Assembly: GCA_963771885.1 (NCBI GenBank)
Contig: CAVYVF010000007.1
Span: 109,089 to 173,088, forward strand
DNA length: 64,000 nt
Source: Candidatus Bathyarchaeota archaeon
GTDB taxonomy: Archaea > Thermoproteota > Bathyarchaeia > TCS64
Reading direction: 5' to 3'
Shown here: positions 20,386-30,216 of the stretch, piece after piece
Layout of the letters: each line of letters starts with the position of its first letter
Numbering within the stretch: the stretch's first letter is position 1
The notes under the pieces: generated by a model
What the model saw: only the letters and a program-made list of their open reading frames with translations
Told to the model about the DNA's origin: nothing
The model's database searches: none
Made by a program: the position numbers and the translations under genes

Positions 20386-21402
20386 ATGGCGAAGTATAGG
20401 GTCGCGGTCATACCCGGCGATGGCATCGGCCCCGAGGTCATGTCCGCCGCAGTCTCCGTGTTGACGGAGATGCAGGACAAATCAGGCAGGTTCGGCTTCG
20501 AGTTCAAGGAGTACCTAGCGGGGGACGATTACAAGGCGAAGACCGGCTGCGCTATGACCGAGGAGACTTTTGAGGCAGTGAAGGCTTCGGATGTTTGCTT
20601 ATTCGCGGCCGTTGGCGCGACGGCAAAGGAGGTTATTATACCTCTCCGCCAGCGACTCAACCTCTACGCGAACATACGCCCCGCCAAAGTGTACCCTAAT
20701 GTCCCCAACGTCAAGGGTCAGATGGACATGATCATGGTCCGCGAGAATACAGAGTGCCTCTACAAGAGGATACAGGACGGTGGACCCGATTGGGGCGTGG
20801 CAATGAGGGTGATCACGCGCCAGGCTTCTGAGAGGATCGCAAAGTACGCCTTCGAGCTAGCCCGAAGAGAGGGGCGCAAGAAGGTCACATGCGTCCACAA
20901 GTCAAACATGATGGAGACTACATGTGGCCTCTTCCAAGACAGCTGCCAGAAGGTCGCCGCCAACTACAAAGACGTCACCTACAACGAAGAGATAGTCGAC
21001 GCCTGCGCCATGAAGATGGTCATGTACCCAGAGAAGTTCGACGTAGTCGTGACGACGAACCTCTTCGGCGACATACTTAGCGACCTCGCCGCGGGCGTCG
21101 TCGGCGGGCTGGGAATGGCCCCCTCTGCGAACATCGGGGACAAGATGGCGATCTTCGAGCCCGTCCACGGCAGCGCACCCGACATCGCGGGAAAAGGCAT
21201 AGCTAACCCCATCGCCCAGATGCTCAGCGCGGGCATGATGCTCGACTGGCTCGGCGAGAAGAAGGCTGCGAAGGCACTCGAGGCCTCTATCGTTGAGGTC
21301 CTCATGGAGGGCAAGACGCTGACCCCAGACCTCAAGGGCAATGCGAAGACAGCAGACATCGCCACTGCAGTAATAAAGCGCCTCGGCGACAAATCCTACT
21401 AA
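20386..21402 (+). CDS. leuB: 3-isopropylmalate dehydrogenase family
   Basis: GDGIGPEV, RENTE, NLFGDILSD, EPVHGSAPDIAG. Confidence 0.85.
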   Translation: MAKYRVAVIPGDGIGPEVMSAAVSVLTEMQDKSGRFGFEFKEYLAGDDYKAKTGCAMTEETFEAVKASDVCLFAAVGATAKEVIIPLRQRLNLYANIRPAKVYPNVPNVKGQMDMIMVRENTECLYKRIQDGGPDWGVAMRVITRQASERIAKYAFELARREGRKKVTCVHKSNMMETTCGLFQDSCQKVAANYKDVTYNEEIVDACAMKMVMYPEKFDVVVTTNLFGDILSDLAAGVVGGLGMAPSANIGDKMAIFEPVHGSAPDIAGKGIANPIAQMLSAGMMLDWLGEKKAAKALEASIVEVLMEGKTLTPDLKGNAKTADIATAVIKRLGDKSY

Positions 21403-21511
21403 CTCGGCTTTCAGGATGAAGTCCGTCCCGAACCTTAATTCGACTTGTACGTTAAAACGCCGCCGTGCGCTTCGACTGCTTTATTGTTGATGAATAACCC
21501 AAGACCCGCGT

Positions 21512-22063
21512 GTGCATGCCAGCAAACCCCAAAACCTTTTAAACGAAGCTCGACGCATACCGAGACGGGAGCAAGAATGTCCGGTGAACGTTTCCTCCAG
21601 CGCTAAGGCTGGATTCTACCCGACTCCCGAATCAAAGAACCTAGTGCAATCCCTCAACGACTTGAAGAGGGAGTTATCCAGATTCGGGAAGACAAACCCA
21701 GATAGGATTGGCTACAACCGATTGGTGAAGAACGTCGACTCTCTGGAGGAGTCGCTTAAGGAGCATTACCGCGAGCTCTACGCGATGGAAGGCGCCCTAG
21801 AGGCAGCTTCCACCCGCAGGCTCACGGAAAAGCAGCGGATGATGCTCCGAATAGTGGCAGAAGTCCAGGGTGACACCCTCTACACGACCCTCATAGACAG
21901 GGTCTCGGAGGAGCTCAACATACCCAAGTCGACGGTAAGATGGAACCTTAAAGGGCTTCGCGACGCGGGGCTAATCGCCGCGGGTGACCGAGACAATAAG
22001 GGCATCCCAGTCAGACTCACCGAGTCGGGGAGAGTCATGACCGGCTTCGTCACCCCCGGATAG
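21512..22063 (+). CDS. Winged-helix DNA-binding protein with N-terminal coiled coil (start uncertain)
   Basis: LTEKQ..IPKSTVRWNLKGLRDAGLI...VRLTESG. Confidence 0.7.
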   Translation: MHASKPQNLLNEARRIPRREQECPVNVSSSAKAGFYPTPESKNLVQSLNDLKRELSRFGKTNPDRIGYNRLVKNVDSLEESLKEHYRELYAMEGALEAASTRRLTEKQRMMLRIVAEVQGDTLYTTLIDRVSEELNIPKSTVRWNLKGLRDAGLIAAGDRDNKGIPVRLTESGRVMTGFVTPG

Positions 22064-22169
22064 GCTACAGCCCTAAAGACTCAAATTCGCCCAACCTCCA
22101 TCTATTTTAGGCTCCGCCGTCTGGGACGGGAGAGCCGATTCGAAGTCCGGGTAAGGAGAATTTCACAGA

Positions 22170-22412
22170 ATGTCCGTCAAAGCATACATCATGATAAACG
22201 TCAAGACCGGAACCGAGGACGCTGTCTGCGAGAAGGTCCTCAAGTTCAATGAGGTAGAGGAGGCGGCCGCCATCTACGGCGAGTTCGACCTCGTAATCAA
22301 GGTGAAGGCGAAGGACATGAACCATCTCGACAAACTTATTGTTGATAAGCTGAGGGGGATCCCCGACATTCTCCTCACGGCGACGATGCTGATCGCCAAG
22401 GAGTATAAGTAG
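22170..22412 (+). CDS. Stand-alone Lrp/AsnC ligand-binding (RAM) domain protein
   Basis: AYIMINV..G, YGEFDLVIKV, T.TMLI; 80 aa, no HTH. Confidence 0.88.
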   Translation: MSVKAYIMINVKTGTEDAVCEKVLKFNEVEEAAAIYGEFDLVIKVKAKDMNHLDKLIVDKLRGIPDILLTATMLIAKEYK

Positions 22413-22420
22413 CTCCCGTA

Positions 22421-22432
22421 AAGTTTAATATA
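22421..22432 (+). promoter_or_regulatory. Archaeal BRE/TATA promoter of tRNA-Asp
   Basis: AAGTTTAATATA ~28-39 nt upstream of the tRNA 5' end. Confidence 0.6.
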
Positions 22433-22459
22433 GAAACCCCCTTCATTTGCTTGGCGCGT

Positions 22460-22538
22460 GCCCTGGTAGTATAGTCCGGCCTAGTATGTTCGGCTGTCAC
22501 CCGAAAGATCCCGGGTCCAAATCCCGGCCAGGGCGCCA
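22460..22538 (+). tRNA. tRNA-Asp(GTC), encoded CCA
   Basis: Acceptor GCCCTGG/CCAGGGC, anticodon arm TTCGG-CTGTCAC-CCGAA, T arm CCGGG-TCCAAAT-CCCGG, G73, CCA. Confidence 0.93.
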
Positions 22539-22645
22539 CTCCTCTAGAGTCTTGTTGTCTCATTTATTGGCACAATATTTTCCGACCGGCGTTGATTACT
22601 TGTTCTTACGAATTTGCTTTGGTTTTTCGGTATAACCCCTTCCCT

Positions 22646-24425
22646 TTAGAGTGTGGCTTCGAGCTGGTCAGCGAACTCGTCAAACTGCTGTATACCCTTA
22701 CGCCAGAACTCCTCTTTCGTCACGTCAAAGCCGAGCTCCTCGGCGAGATCGATGGGGCTCCTGCTGGAGCCAGCGGATAGCAGGGCGTTCATCTTTGGGA
22801 CGAACTTCTTGCCCTGCTCCTTGAATAGGCGGTAGAGGGCGAAGACGAAGAGCTGGGCGTAGACGTATGGGTAGTTGTAGAAGCGGTAGTTGGGTATGTA
22901 ATAGTGGAGCTTCATGGTCCACTCCCACTTCATCTCGGGGAGCCACTCGACGGCGTCCCCGTAAATCTTGTCACGGCCCGCAGTCCAGAGGCTGGAGACC
23001 GTTTCCCCGTCTAGGAACTTTCCTGCCTTTATGGCGTCGTACATGCTTTGTTCGAAGAAGACGCGTGCGCTCACCTGATAGGCGGCCATGCCGAACTCGT
23101 CGAGGACATTTGCGAGGATAGCCTGCTTCTCCTCCCTCGTCTTGGCTTCGGCGAGTAGCCTGTCTGTGAGCAGGAGCTCTCCGAATACGCTCGCCGTCTC
23201 CGCGATACAGCTGCCTATCTCGTAATTGCTGGGCTTCTGGTGACGTGAGCCGAGGTAAGCGTGGACGGCGTGACCTAGTTCGTGTGCCTGGGTATAGACG
23301 TCCCCCATCTGGCCGTTGAAGCTTTGGAGAACGTATGCACTCTTACCCGCGAGCCATGTGGAGCAGAATGCACCACTGCGCTTACCCGTGCGTACCTCGC
23401 CGTCTATGTGGCGGCGCCCGTACATCTCGTCGACGTATTCCGCCCAGACTGGGTCGAAGCTCCTGTAGGCGGAGACTACCTCTTTCCTCGACTCTTCCCA
23501 AGTATACTTCTTCTCGGGCGCCTTGGGGAGGGGGGCGACTATGTCCCAGTTGCCAAGCTTCTCCAGACCCATGAGCCTCGCCTTGAGGCGGAGGTACCGA
23601 CGGTATGATTCTACGCTGTCCTCCATAGTCTTCATAAGGGCGTCGATCGCACCCTGCTCGACGTCGTTGTCTATTAGGCTCTGCGTCATCGGAGAGGGCC
23701 ATTTCCTCCACTCGCACATCTGGATATGGTCGCCGCAGACGCTGCGTATGGCGCTCGCCCAGACAATATCATCCTTCCCGAGGCCGTCGTAGACGACCCT
23801 GTTCGCCTCCTGTCTGAGCGCTCTGTCCCTGCTCTGGTAGAGAGCTATGATCTCTCCATAAGGCATCGTCTTCTCGACGCCATCGACCAATATCTTGAAC
23901 TTGCGGGTGCTAAGCCAGTCCCCCTGAAGCTGTGACCATGCGCTGACGCCGTTCTGGTCCTTTGATATGGTAGAGCTTCTCTAGTTCCTCAGTCATCACG
24001 TGGGGTATGCGGAGGACAACGCGTTCGAGGAGGTGGCTGTACTCCTTTAGCTTGGAATCCTTGACAAGGGCAGGTTTTGCCTTGAGTAGGGCACCTAGCT
24101 CTATCTCCAAGAAGGCGAGTGCCTGCCCCGCCTTGTTGCCCGCCTTGCGCACTGCTTCATAGAGCCTCTTCGAGATCGGGTCGACGGAGTTGGCGCTGTA
24201 TCGGAGCCCGCAGTACTCCATTGCGCCCTCGTATCTGAGCGTAAAGGCGTCCCGGGCCTCAAGCAGTTCAAGTAGCCTCTCGGCGTCTAGCCCTGTTATC
24301 TTCCCCCTATACCTCTCGGCGAGCCTATTCGCCTCGCCGACCATCTCCTCCAGCCTCGCCTCTATCCATTCGGGTTCGGTGCTCTCAACGAGCTGTGCCA
24401 GGTCCCATCGCATAGCCTCAGACAA
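22646..24425 (-). CDS. pepF: M3 family oligoendopeptidase F (frameshift near 23970)
   Basis: N-terminal WDL, GKRSGAFC, AHELGH, AETAS, HYY...FYNYPY; split over two ORFs. Confidence 0.88.
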
Positions 24426-24515
24426 TCAGATCCCTCTGCACCTTGTTTGCTCGCCTACCGTTTAATCGTTGCCCGCAGGAGATGGGTTTAAGCGCCGTCT
24501 TGCGGTTTTCGATTC

Positions 24516-25004
24516 GTGGTCGATACTCGGCTGCTCAGCCGCTGCGGCATCTACTGCGGCGCATGCTACGTCTACAGGGCGCAGAGGGACGGCGGCGCCC
24601 TTCTCGAAGAGGTGTCTAAGCGGTTCGGAGTTCCGTCAGAGAAGATAAAGTGTAACGGCTGCTCCGGCCCCTACGAAGAACAGTGGCCGAACTGCCAAAA
24701 GTGTGCCTTCAAGGTCTGCCAAAGGCGACGCGGCGTCGATAACTGCACCCAATGCGCCGACTTTGACTTCTGCTCCGATTACCGGCAGTTCGCCGACTTC
24801 ACCGCCTACAGGGGTGAGAACGTTAGAGCGAGTCTCAGGAGGATTGAATCCGGTGAGGGTGAGGAGTGGCTTAGGGAGCAGGAGGAACGCTGGACATGCC
24901 CGAGATGCAACTACCCGCTGATGTGGTACGATAACGTTTGCCGCAAGTGTAACTGGAAGATACGGGAGAAGCCGATCACAATGGACGGCAACTCTGAGAA
25001 GTGA
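24516..25004 (+). CDS. DUF3795-like Cys-rich protein with C-terminal zinc ribbon
   Basis: CGIYCGAC, CNGC, C..C..C, WTCPRC...CRKC. Confidence 0.75.
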   Translation: MVDTRLLSRCGIYCGACYVYRAQRDGGALLEEVSKRFGVPSEKIKCNGCSGPYEEQWPNCQKCAFKVCQRRRGVDNCTQCADFDFCSDYRQFADFTAYRGENVRASLRRIESGEGEEWLREQEERWTCPRCNYPLMWYDNVCRKCNWKIREKPITMDGNSEK

Positions 25005-25556
25005 TTAAGCTTTCAGGGTCTTGACAGCGTCGAAACCCGTAGCGTGTGCCTCCTTCATGAGCTCGGCGTCCATCATAGCCGCCATCTTCGAGCCGGCGCC
25101 GCCCGTCTGCAGGACCTTGTACTTCTCCATGTTTAGGTAGTCGAGCATCTCCTCGAAGGTCTTAACCATGAGGTCGGCGTAGATGGGTCCCCCTCCCGAG
25201 GAGACTGCTAGTATGATCCTCTTCCCCGCGAAGACGTCTCTCGGCACGGAGTACCACCTGTCGATGAATGCCTTCATCTGCGCTGTCGCGCCCCACCAGT
25301 AGACGGGCGTCGCGAGGACCCAAACCCTTGACGCCTTCATCGACTCAATCATTGGCGCCATGTCGTCCTTCTGGATGCATACGTGTGTCCGGGAGCAGGC
25401 GTTGCAGGCTCTGCAGGGGTTGACCTCCTTTTCGGCGAGGACGAATTTCTCAGTCTGCGCCCCCGCCTCAGCCGCGCCTCTTAAAACCTCGTCAAGTATC
25501 GTCTCGGTGTTGCCGCCCCTACGCGGGCTGCCCGCTATCCCGAGTACCTTCGTCAT
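25005..25556 (-). CDS. Iron-sulfur flavoprotein / flavodoxin family
   Basis: GSPRRGGNT, CxxCxxCx5C, ATPVYW, KAFIDR. Confidence 0.88.
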   Translation of the reverse strand: MTKVLGIAGSPRRGGNTETILDEVLRGAAEAGAQTEKFVLAEKEVNPCRACNACSRTHVCIQKDDMAPMIESMKASRVWVLATPVYWWGATAQMKAFIDRWYSVPRDVFAGKRIILAVSSGGGPIYADLMVKTFEEMLDYLNMEKYKVLQTGGAGSKMAAMMDAELMKEAHATGFDAVKTLKA

Positions 25557-26386
25557 TTCTTCTCAAGCGCCTCCCTGAGGACGTTCGAGCCCTTCTGGTA
25601 GTCCCTCCAGAGCTTGCCGCCCGTCACGCCACCGTCCACGAAGAGGTTCTGCCCAGTGACGAACATTGAGTCGTCGCTGGCTAGGAAGAGCGCCGCTTTT
25701 GCGACCTCCTCGGGCATTATGGGGCCGCGGAGTGGCTGGGCGTCCCTGAAGGCGTCCTCGATTATGTGCAGCTTCGCCTCGGCTTGGTCACGTGTAAGGC
25801 TCCTTGCGATACCGATCATAGGCGTCGGTATGTAGCCGGGGCTAATGCAGTTGACGCGTATACCCACCTCGCCGAGCTCCATGGCTACGCTCTTCGTGAG
25901 CTGCATTATCCCCGCCTTAGAGGCGCTGTAGATGTGGTTGCCGAAGCCCGCGAGGATGGCTGCCGTGCTAGCCGTGTTGATTATGCTACCCGAGCCCTGC
26001 CTACGCATGACCGGCGCAGCGTGCTTGATGCCGAGGAAACAGCCGCGCAAGTTAACCCTGATCGTCTTATCAAAGTCCTCGACCTTGACGCCCTCGATAG
26101 GGCCGACGGCGCCGACGATGCCAGCGTTGTTGAACATAACGTCGAGGTGCCTCCATTTATCCACAGCAGCCTTGACAGTGTCCCGTATATCGTCCTCACT
26201 CGTTACATCAGTGTGGCGGTAGACCACGTTCCCCTCGAAACTCGCGGCGAGTCTTCTCCCTCTCTCGTCTTCGACGTCCGCAACGATTACACTCGCGCCT
26301 TCAGATGCGAAGAGGCGGACAGTCGCCTCGCCTATACCGCTGGCGCCACCTGTGACTATCGCTACCTTATCCTCTAGCCTACCCAT
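25553..26386 (-). CDS. Short-chain dehydrogenase/reductase
   Basis: TGGASGIG, NNAG, YSASK. Confidence 0.92.
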   Translation of the reverse strand: MGRLEDKVAIVTGGASGIGEATVRLFASEGASVIVADVEDERGRRLAASFEGNVVYRHTDVTSEDDIRDTVKAAVDKWRHLDVMFNNAGIVGAVGPIEGVKVEDFDKTIRVNLRGCFLGIKHAAPVMRRQGSGSIINTASTAAILAGFGNHIYSASKAGIMQLTKSVAMELGEVGIRVNCISPGYIPTPMIGIARSLTRDQAEAKLHIIEDAFRDAQPLRGPIMPEEVAKAALFLASDDSMFVTGQNLFVDGGVTGGKLWRDYQKGSNVLREALEKK

Positions 26387-26526
26387 AGACAATCAGGGAA
26401 AATAATGGTGGGTGTGTATTTCACGCTATCCCGCGCAACATCATCTCCATGACCTGCCCCATGTATGCAATGTAAACATGGAATACCTTATCTCGAAGCA
26501 CCGATTCCCTGTTTTTAGTGCTCGCC

Positions 26527-26754
26527 ATGCCCCTCTACAAGATGCTCGACAAGGCCGAGCGGCTCCTCAAGGCCGGAAGAATCGAGCGACTCGACAGTGG
26601 GCACTACAATGTAATAGGAGACCATGGGACGTACACTCTCGTCGTAAAGGAGGGACGCGTTTACTGCAGCTGTCCTGGCTTCCAAGAAAAGGGCGTTTGT
26701 AGTCACAGCCTCGCCGTCATGAAGATGACTCAAGGTCCCCGGAACAAATACTAG
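26527..26754 (+). CDS. Small SWIM zinc-finger protein
   Basis: CSC...CSH motif. Confidence 0.75.
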   Translation: MPLYKMLDKAERLLKAGRIERLDSGHYNVIGDHGTYTLVVKEGRVYCSCPGFQEKGVCSHSLAVMKMTQGPRNKY

Positions 26755-26797
26755 CCTACTCGCGCGCGGTCCTCCGGGGTGAGTGGTGTCTTCTTCA

Positions 26798-27253
26798 TCA
26801 CTTAGCCTTCTTGGCAAGTGCTGCACCCAGTTCGCGGCACCTCACGAGTATCTCCTTCGTTGGCTCACCAGAGCATCCGAGTGGCTCGCCGACGAGTGTG
26901 CCAACATACTTGAATAGGTTGAGCATGGCGTCCCTTACCTTGCCTCCACCTCCGTGACTGTAGAAGAGGACGTAGGGTTTCTCCTTCATCCCCTTGACGC
27001 CCTTTCGAGTGTGGAGAATATAATGGTCGTCCATGAATGTTTTGAGACCGCCGGCGACGTAGCTGTAGTAGTCGGGGCTACCGAAGGCGACGCAGGTGTA
27101 CTCTGGGAAGGTTGAGGCGTCGAACCTGTCCTCGTTTGTGTTGTAGAGTGTGACTTCGCACCCCGATGAGCGCAGTCCCTCCGCCACGGCCTCAGCCATC
27201 TTACCCGTGTTCCCATACTCCTGAGAGTGATATAGAACGAGTGCTTTTACCAA
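26798..27253 (-). CDS. Flavodoxin domain protein
   Basis: YHSQEYGNTGKMA, GSPDYY, SHGGGG. Confidence 0.82.
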   Translation of the reverse strand: MVKALVLYHSQEYGNTGKMAEAVAEGLRSSGCEVTLYNTNEDRFDASTFPEYTCVAFGSPDYYSYVAGGLKTFMDDHYILHTRKGVKGMKEKPYVLFYSHGGGGKVRDAMLNLFKYVGTLVGEPLGCSGEPTKEILVRCRELGAALAKKAK

Positions 27254-27356
27254 GATTAACACCTGAATAGGATCTTTGCGCGTGCCTTTAATAGGGTTTG
27301 AGGTTGGAACTGAGGCGATACTCTTTTCACGGCACCGGCTGGATCAGGTAGAGACC

Positions 27357-28538
27357 TTGGCACACGAAGTCGGCTTCGTCTGGAGGGTGGCGGGCTACAT
27401 GGCGGCACTATTCGCCACCTTCGTCGGCTACGGCATGATCCAGCCGCTGCTCTCGCTGCATACGAGCACCTTCGTCGGGACCTCATACATGCTCGTGGGT
27501 CTCCTGATCTCAATGATAGGTCTCATAAAGGCGGGCTTTGGTCCTGTGAGCGGTTTTCTCTCCGATGTATATGGTCGTAAGAAGCTGGCCACCATCGGTG
27601 CCTGCGCCATCGCCGGCAGCATGGGGATCGTCTGGCTCTCAAGCTCCTCGACGATACTCGTCGCGGGTTTCCTCCTCTACGGCGTCGGGCAGGCGATGTT
27701 CTTCCTCGCCATGATGACGTCGATGGTCGAGGCGGCTGGTGCAGAGAAGCGGGCCGTAGCTATGGGGCTCTACGAGGGGGGTAACGGCATCGCCATCATG
27801 GTTGGATTTGCGTCGTCTAGCTTCCTCGTGGGCATTCTCGGCGTCTCGGGGGTCTTCGGGGTCGCCGCAGCTTTCTCAGCCGTCTCCGCCCTTGTCTGCG
27901 TCTTCATACTGAGTGAGACCTCGCCGCCGAACGGGGCAAGGGGGCCGATGCTCGACATCAAGGGGATCAGGGCACTGATCACGCCAACGTACGTCTGCGC
28001 GATGTACTCCGCCTTCCTCTTCATGTACTACCAGAGCGCCTTCGGCGCCATTATCCCCCTCTACACGACACAGACGGGGCTCCTAACTGTTGGTGAGCTC
28101 TCGATGCTCTTCGTCTCCGTCGCCGGGGCAACGGCGCTGGGGTCTCTCCTCTCAGGGCCCGTCTCCGACCGCATGGGCAGAAGACTCCCCATCGTGGTTG
28201 GGATGGTCTTCACCGCCCTCAGCTTCGCCGGACTCTATGTCGCAACATCGCCGGTGCTACTCGTCGCCTCCAGCCTAGCACTCGGCTTCGGCACCGGCTT
28301 CTTCCACCCCGTCGCGAGTGCCCTAGTCGCCGACATATCATCATCGGAGAACAGGGGAAAGGCCTTCGGCTTCTACCGCCTGATGAGGGACTTCGGCATG
28401 TTCGCCGGGCCAGCAGTCGCTGGATTCATCTCCGCCTTACTCGGGGTCGGTGCGCTGTTCCTACTAAACATCGCCCTCGCGGCGCTAGGCTGCCTTGTCG
28501 CCTTGATGGTCATCAAAGAGACTCGTACTAAGCGGTAG
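27357..28538 (+). CDS. MFS transporter (start uncertain; ORF open from 27276)
   Basis: ~12 TM; motif A twice (GFLSDVYGRK, GPVSDRMGRR). Confidence 0.88.
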   Translation: MAHEVGFVWRVAGYMAALFATFVGYGMIQPLLSLHTSTFVGTSYMLVGLLISMIGLIKAGFGPVSGFLSDVYGRKKLATIGACAIAGSMGIVWLSSSSTILVAGFLLYGVGQAMFFLAMMTSMVEAAGAEKRAVAMGLYEGGNGIAIMVGFASSSFLVGILGVSGVFGVAAAFSAVSALVCVFILSETSPPNGARGPMLDIKGIRALITPTYVCAMYSAFLFMYYQSAFGAIIPLYTTQTGLLTVGELSMLFVSVAGATALGSLLSGPVSDRMGRRLPIVVGMVFTALSFAGLYVATSPVLLVASSLALGFGTGFFHPVASALVADISSSENRGKAFGFYRLMRDFGMFAGPAVAGFISALLGVGALFLLNIALAALGCLVALMVIKETRTKR

Positions 28539-28605
28539 ATACGTTCACCCGTATCCGGATGCGTCGCAGGTAAACGATATATCCTCCTTAACCTAACGCG
28601 AAACC

Positions 28606-28956
28606 ATGAAGCGGCAGAAGTACCGCGTAGTAAATGAGCACAAGGCTTCCTTCCCATACTCTATGGTCGCCGTAGAAGGCGACTATGTATCCATTGGTAA
28701 GGAGGACCCCGAGATGCCGGGATGGTATTGGTGCAAGGACAAGAAAGGCGTCGAGATGTGGGTGCCCTCAACCTACCTCAAGATCGAAGGCGCGAAAGGC
28801 ACATTCACACAGGACTATAATTCTAGAGAGCTAGACACCGCTGTCGGCGACGTGATCCAATACCTCAGTGAGACTCTTGGCTGGGTAGAGTGCCTAAACT
28901 CTGAGTGGAAATACGGCTGGATACCTGCGAACAAGCTCACCCACGTAACTCCTTAA
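28606..28956 (+). CDS. Tandem SH3-like domain protein
   Basis: GD.V...GWYWC...WVP..YL and DY..EL...GD.I...GWVEC...GWIP..L. Confidence 0.75.
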   Translation: MKRQKYRVVNEHKASFPYSMVAVEGDYVSIGKEDPEMPGWYWCKDKKGVEMWVPSTYLKIEGAKGTFTQDYNSRELDTAVGDVIQYLSETLGWVECLNSEWKYGWIPANKLTHVTP

Positions 28957-29189
28957 ACTCCTCTTGAATGTGTAATGATATCTACACCGATGAAATGTTT
29001 ACATTATACTCGGTGAAAGTCGATGTGGAACCAAACTAGGGTAGATGGCGTATTGGTGACTCTGAATCTTCCGAAGGTTAGCCACACGTATATCCCTATG
29101 ATCACTTCGGGTTATCCCATAGCTGCATTGGCCGCATTGTGTTCCGTTAGGATGCCCCGTAGAGGAACAGATGCGAGAGGTTACGATGT

Positions 29190-30212
29190 ATGAACTCCCC
29201 TGCGAAGATGATAGTAATCGTGGTATTCGTTATCGTGGCGATGGCAACGATAGGCTACGGGGCTTGGCTTTACATGAATTCGTCAGGTGACTATCAGGGG
29301 AATATCGAGTCGATAACCGTCTCCCACCCAATGTTCGAGTCCATGACCCTGTTCTGGGTTGCTGAGGAGCAGGGTTTCTTCTTGAGAAACGGCTTGAACG
29401 TCACCTCCCAAGTGTATGCCAGCGGGGTGGAGGCGCTTGCCGCCGTCGAGACTGGGGATGCTGATATTTCTATAGGCGTAGCTGAGTTCCCACTGGCCGT
29501 GAGGGCTCTTCGAGGAGAGAATCTTTGTACGTTCGCGGTTGTCGATAAAGCTGAGTTCGTCTACCTCGTAGGGCGCGCTGACCGAGATATTATATCTGTA
29601 TCCGACTTGGCGGGTAAGAAGATCGGCATTGTATCCGGGACAATAGCCGAGTTTTACCTCGGAAGAACCCTCGAACTACAAGGTATGAGCATCCGAAACG
29701 TGACCCTTGTCGACTTAAAGACACCTGAGGAGTGGGTCAGCGCGATCGTAGAGGGGAATGTCGATGCGGTTTCGATAGCCCAACCTTCCGTGAACATAAT
29801 AATCGAAGGCCTGGGCGGAGACGCTGTCATCCTGCCAGTGCAGAGCAGCCAGCTCATGTACGTGTTGGCGATCTCAACCGACGACTGGGTGAGGAGTAAC
29901 CCCGAGATCATCGACAGGTTCCTGAAAGCACTAAATCAGGCCGAAAAATACACACTCAACAATCCCTCACAGGCAAAGGCACTGGTAAAGGAAAAGATGG
30001 ACTTCACGGATAAGTACATTGAGACCGTGTGGAACCAGAATCAGTACACACTCTCGCTCGACCAGACGCTTGTCCTCGCCATGGAGGACGAGGCTCGATG
30101 GATGATCGTAAACGGCCTCACAGACGAGACGGAGATACCCAACTTTCTTAATAACGTCTACGAGGACGCGCTCAAGGCCTTGAAACCTGAGTCAGTCAAC
30201 ATCATTCGATGA
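29190..30212 (+). CDS. NrtA/SsuA/THI5-like substrate-binding protein
   Basis: N-terminal TM, VAEEQGFF..NGL, DLAGKKIG...GT, GNVDA, FLKAL. Confidence 0.8.
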   Translation: MNSPAKMIVIVVFVIVAMATIGYGAWLYMNSSGDYQGNIESITVSHPMFESMTLFWVAEEQGFFLRNGLNVTSQVYASGVEALAAVETGDADISIGVAEFPLAVRALRGENLCTFAVVDKAEFVYLVGRADRDIISVSDLAGKKIGIVSGTIAEFYLGRTLELQGMSIRNVTLVDLKTPEEWVSAIVEGNVDAVSIAQPSVNIIIEGLGGDAVILPVQSSQLMYVLAISTDDWVRSNPEIIDRFLKALNQAEKYTLNNPSQAKALVKEKMDFTDKYIETVWNQNQYTLSLDQTLVLAMEDEARWMIVNGLTDETEIPNFLNNVYEDALKALKPESVNIIR

Positions 30213-30216
30213 GGTA

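Noticed and set aside
22538..22646. tRNA-Asp as an integration site
   Set aside because: No integrase and no duplicated tRNA 3' end found; the downstream gene is housekeeping
28960..29180. Imperfect hairpins upstream of the binding-protein gene as a riboswitch or ncRNA
   Set aside because: Pairing is weak and no known aptamer motif is recognisable; covariation analysis would be needed
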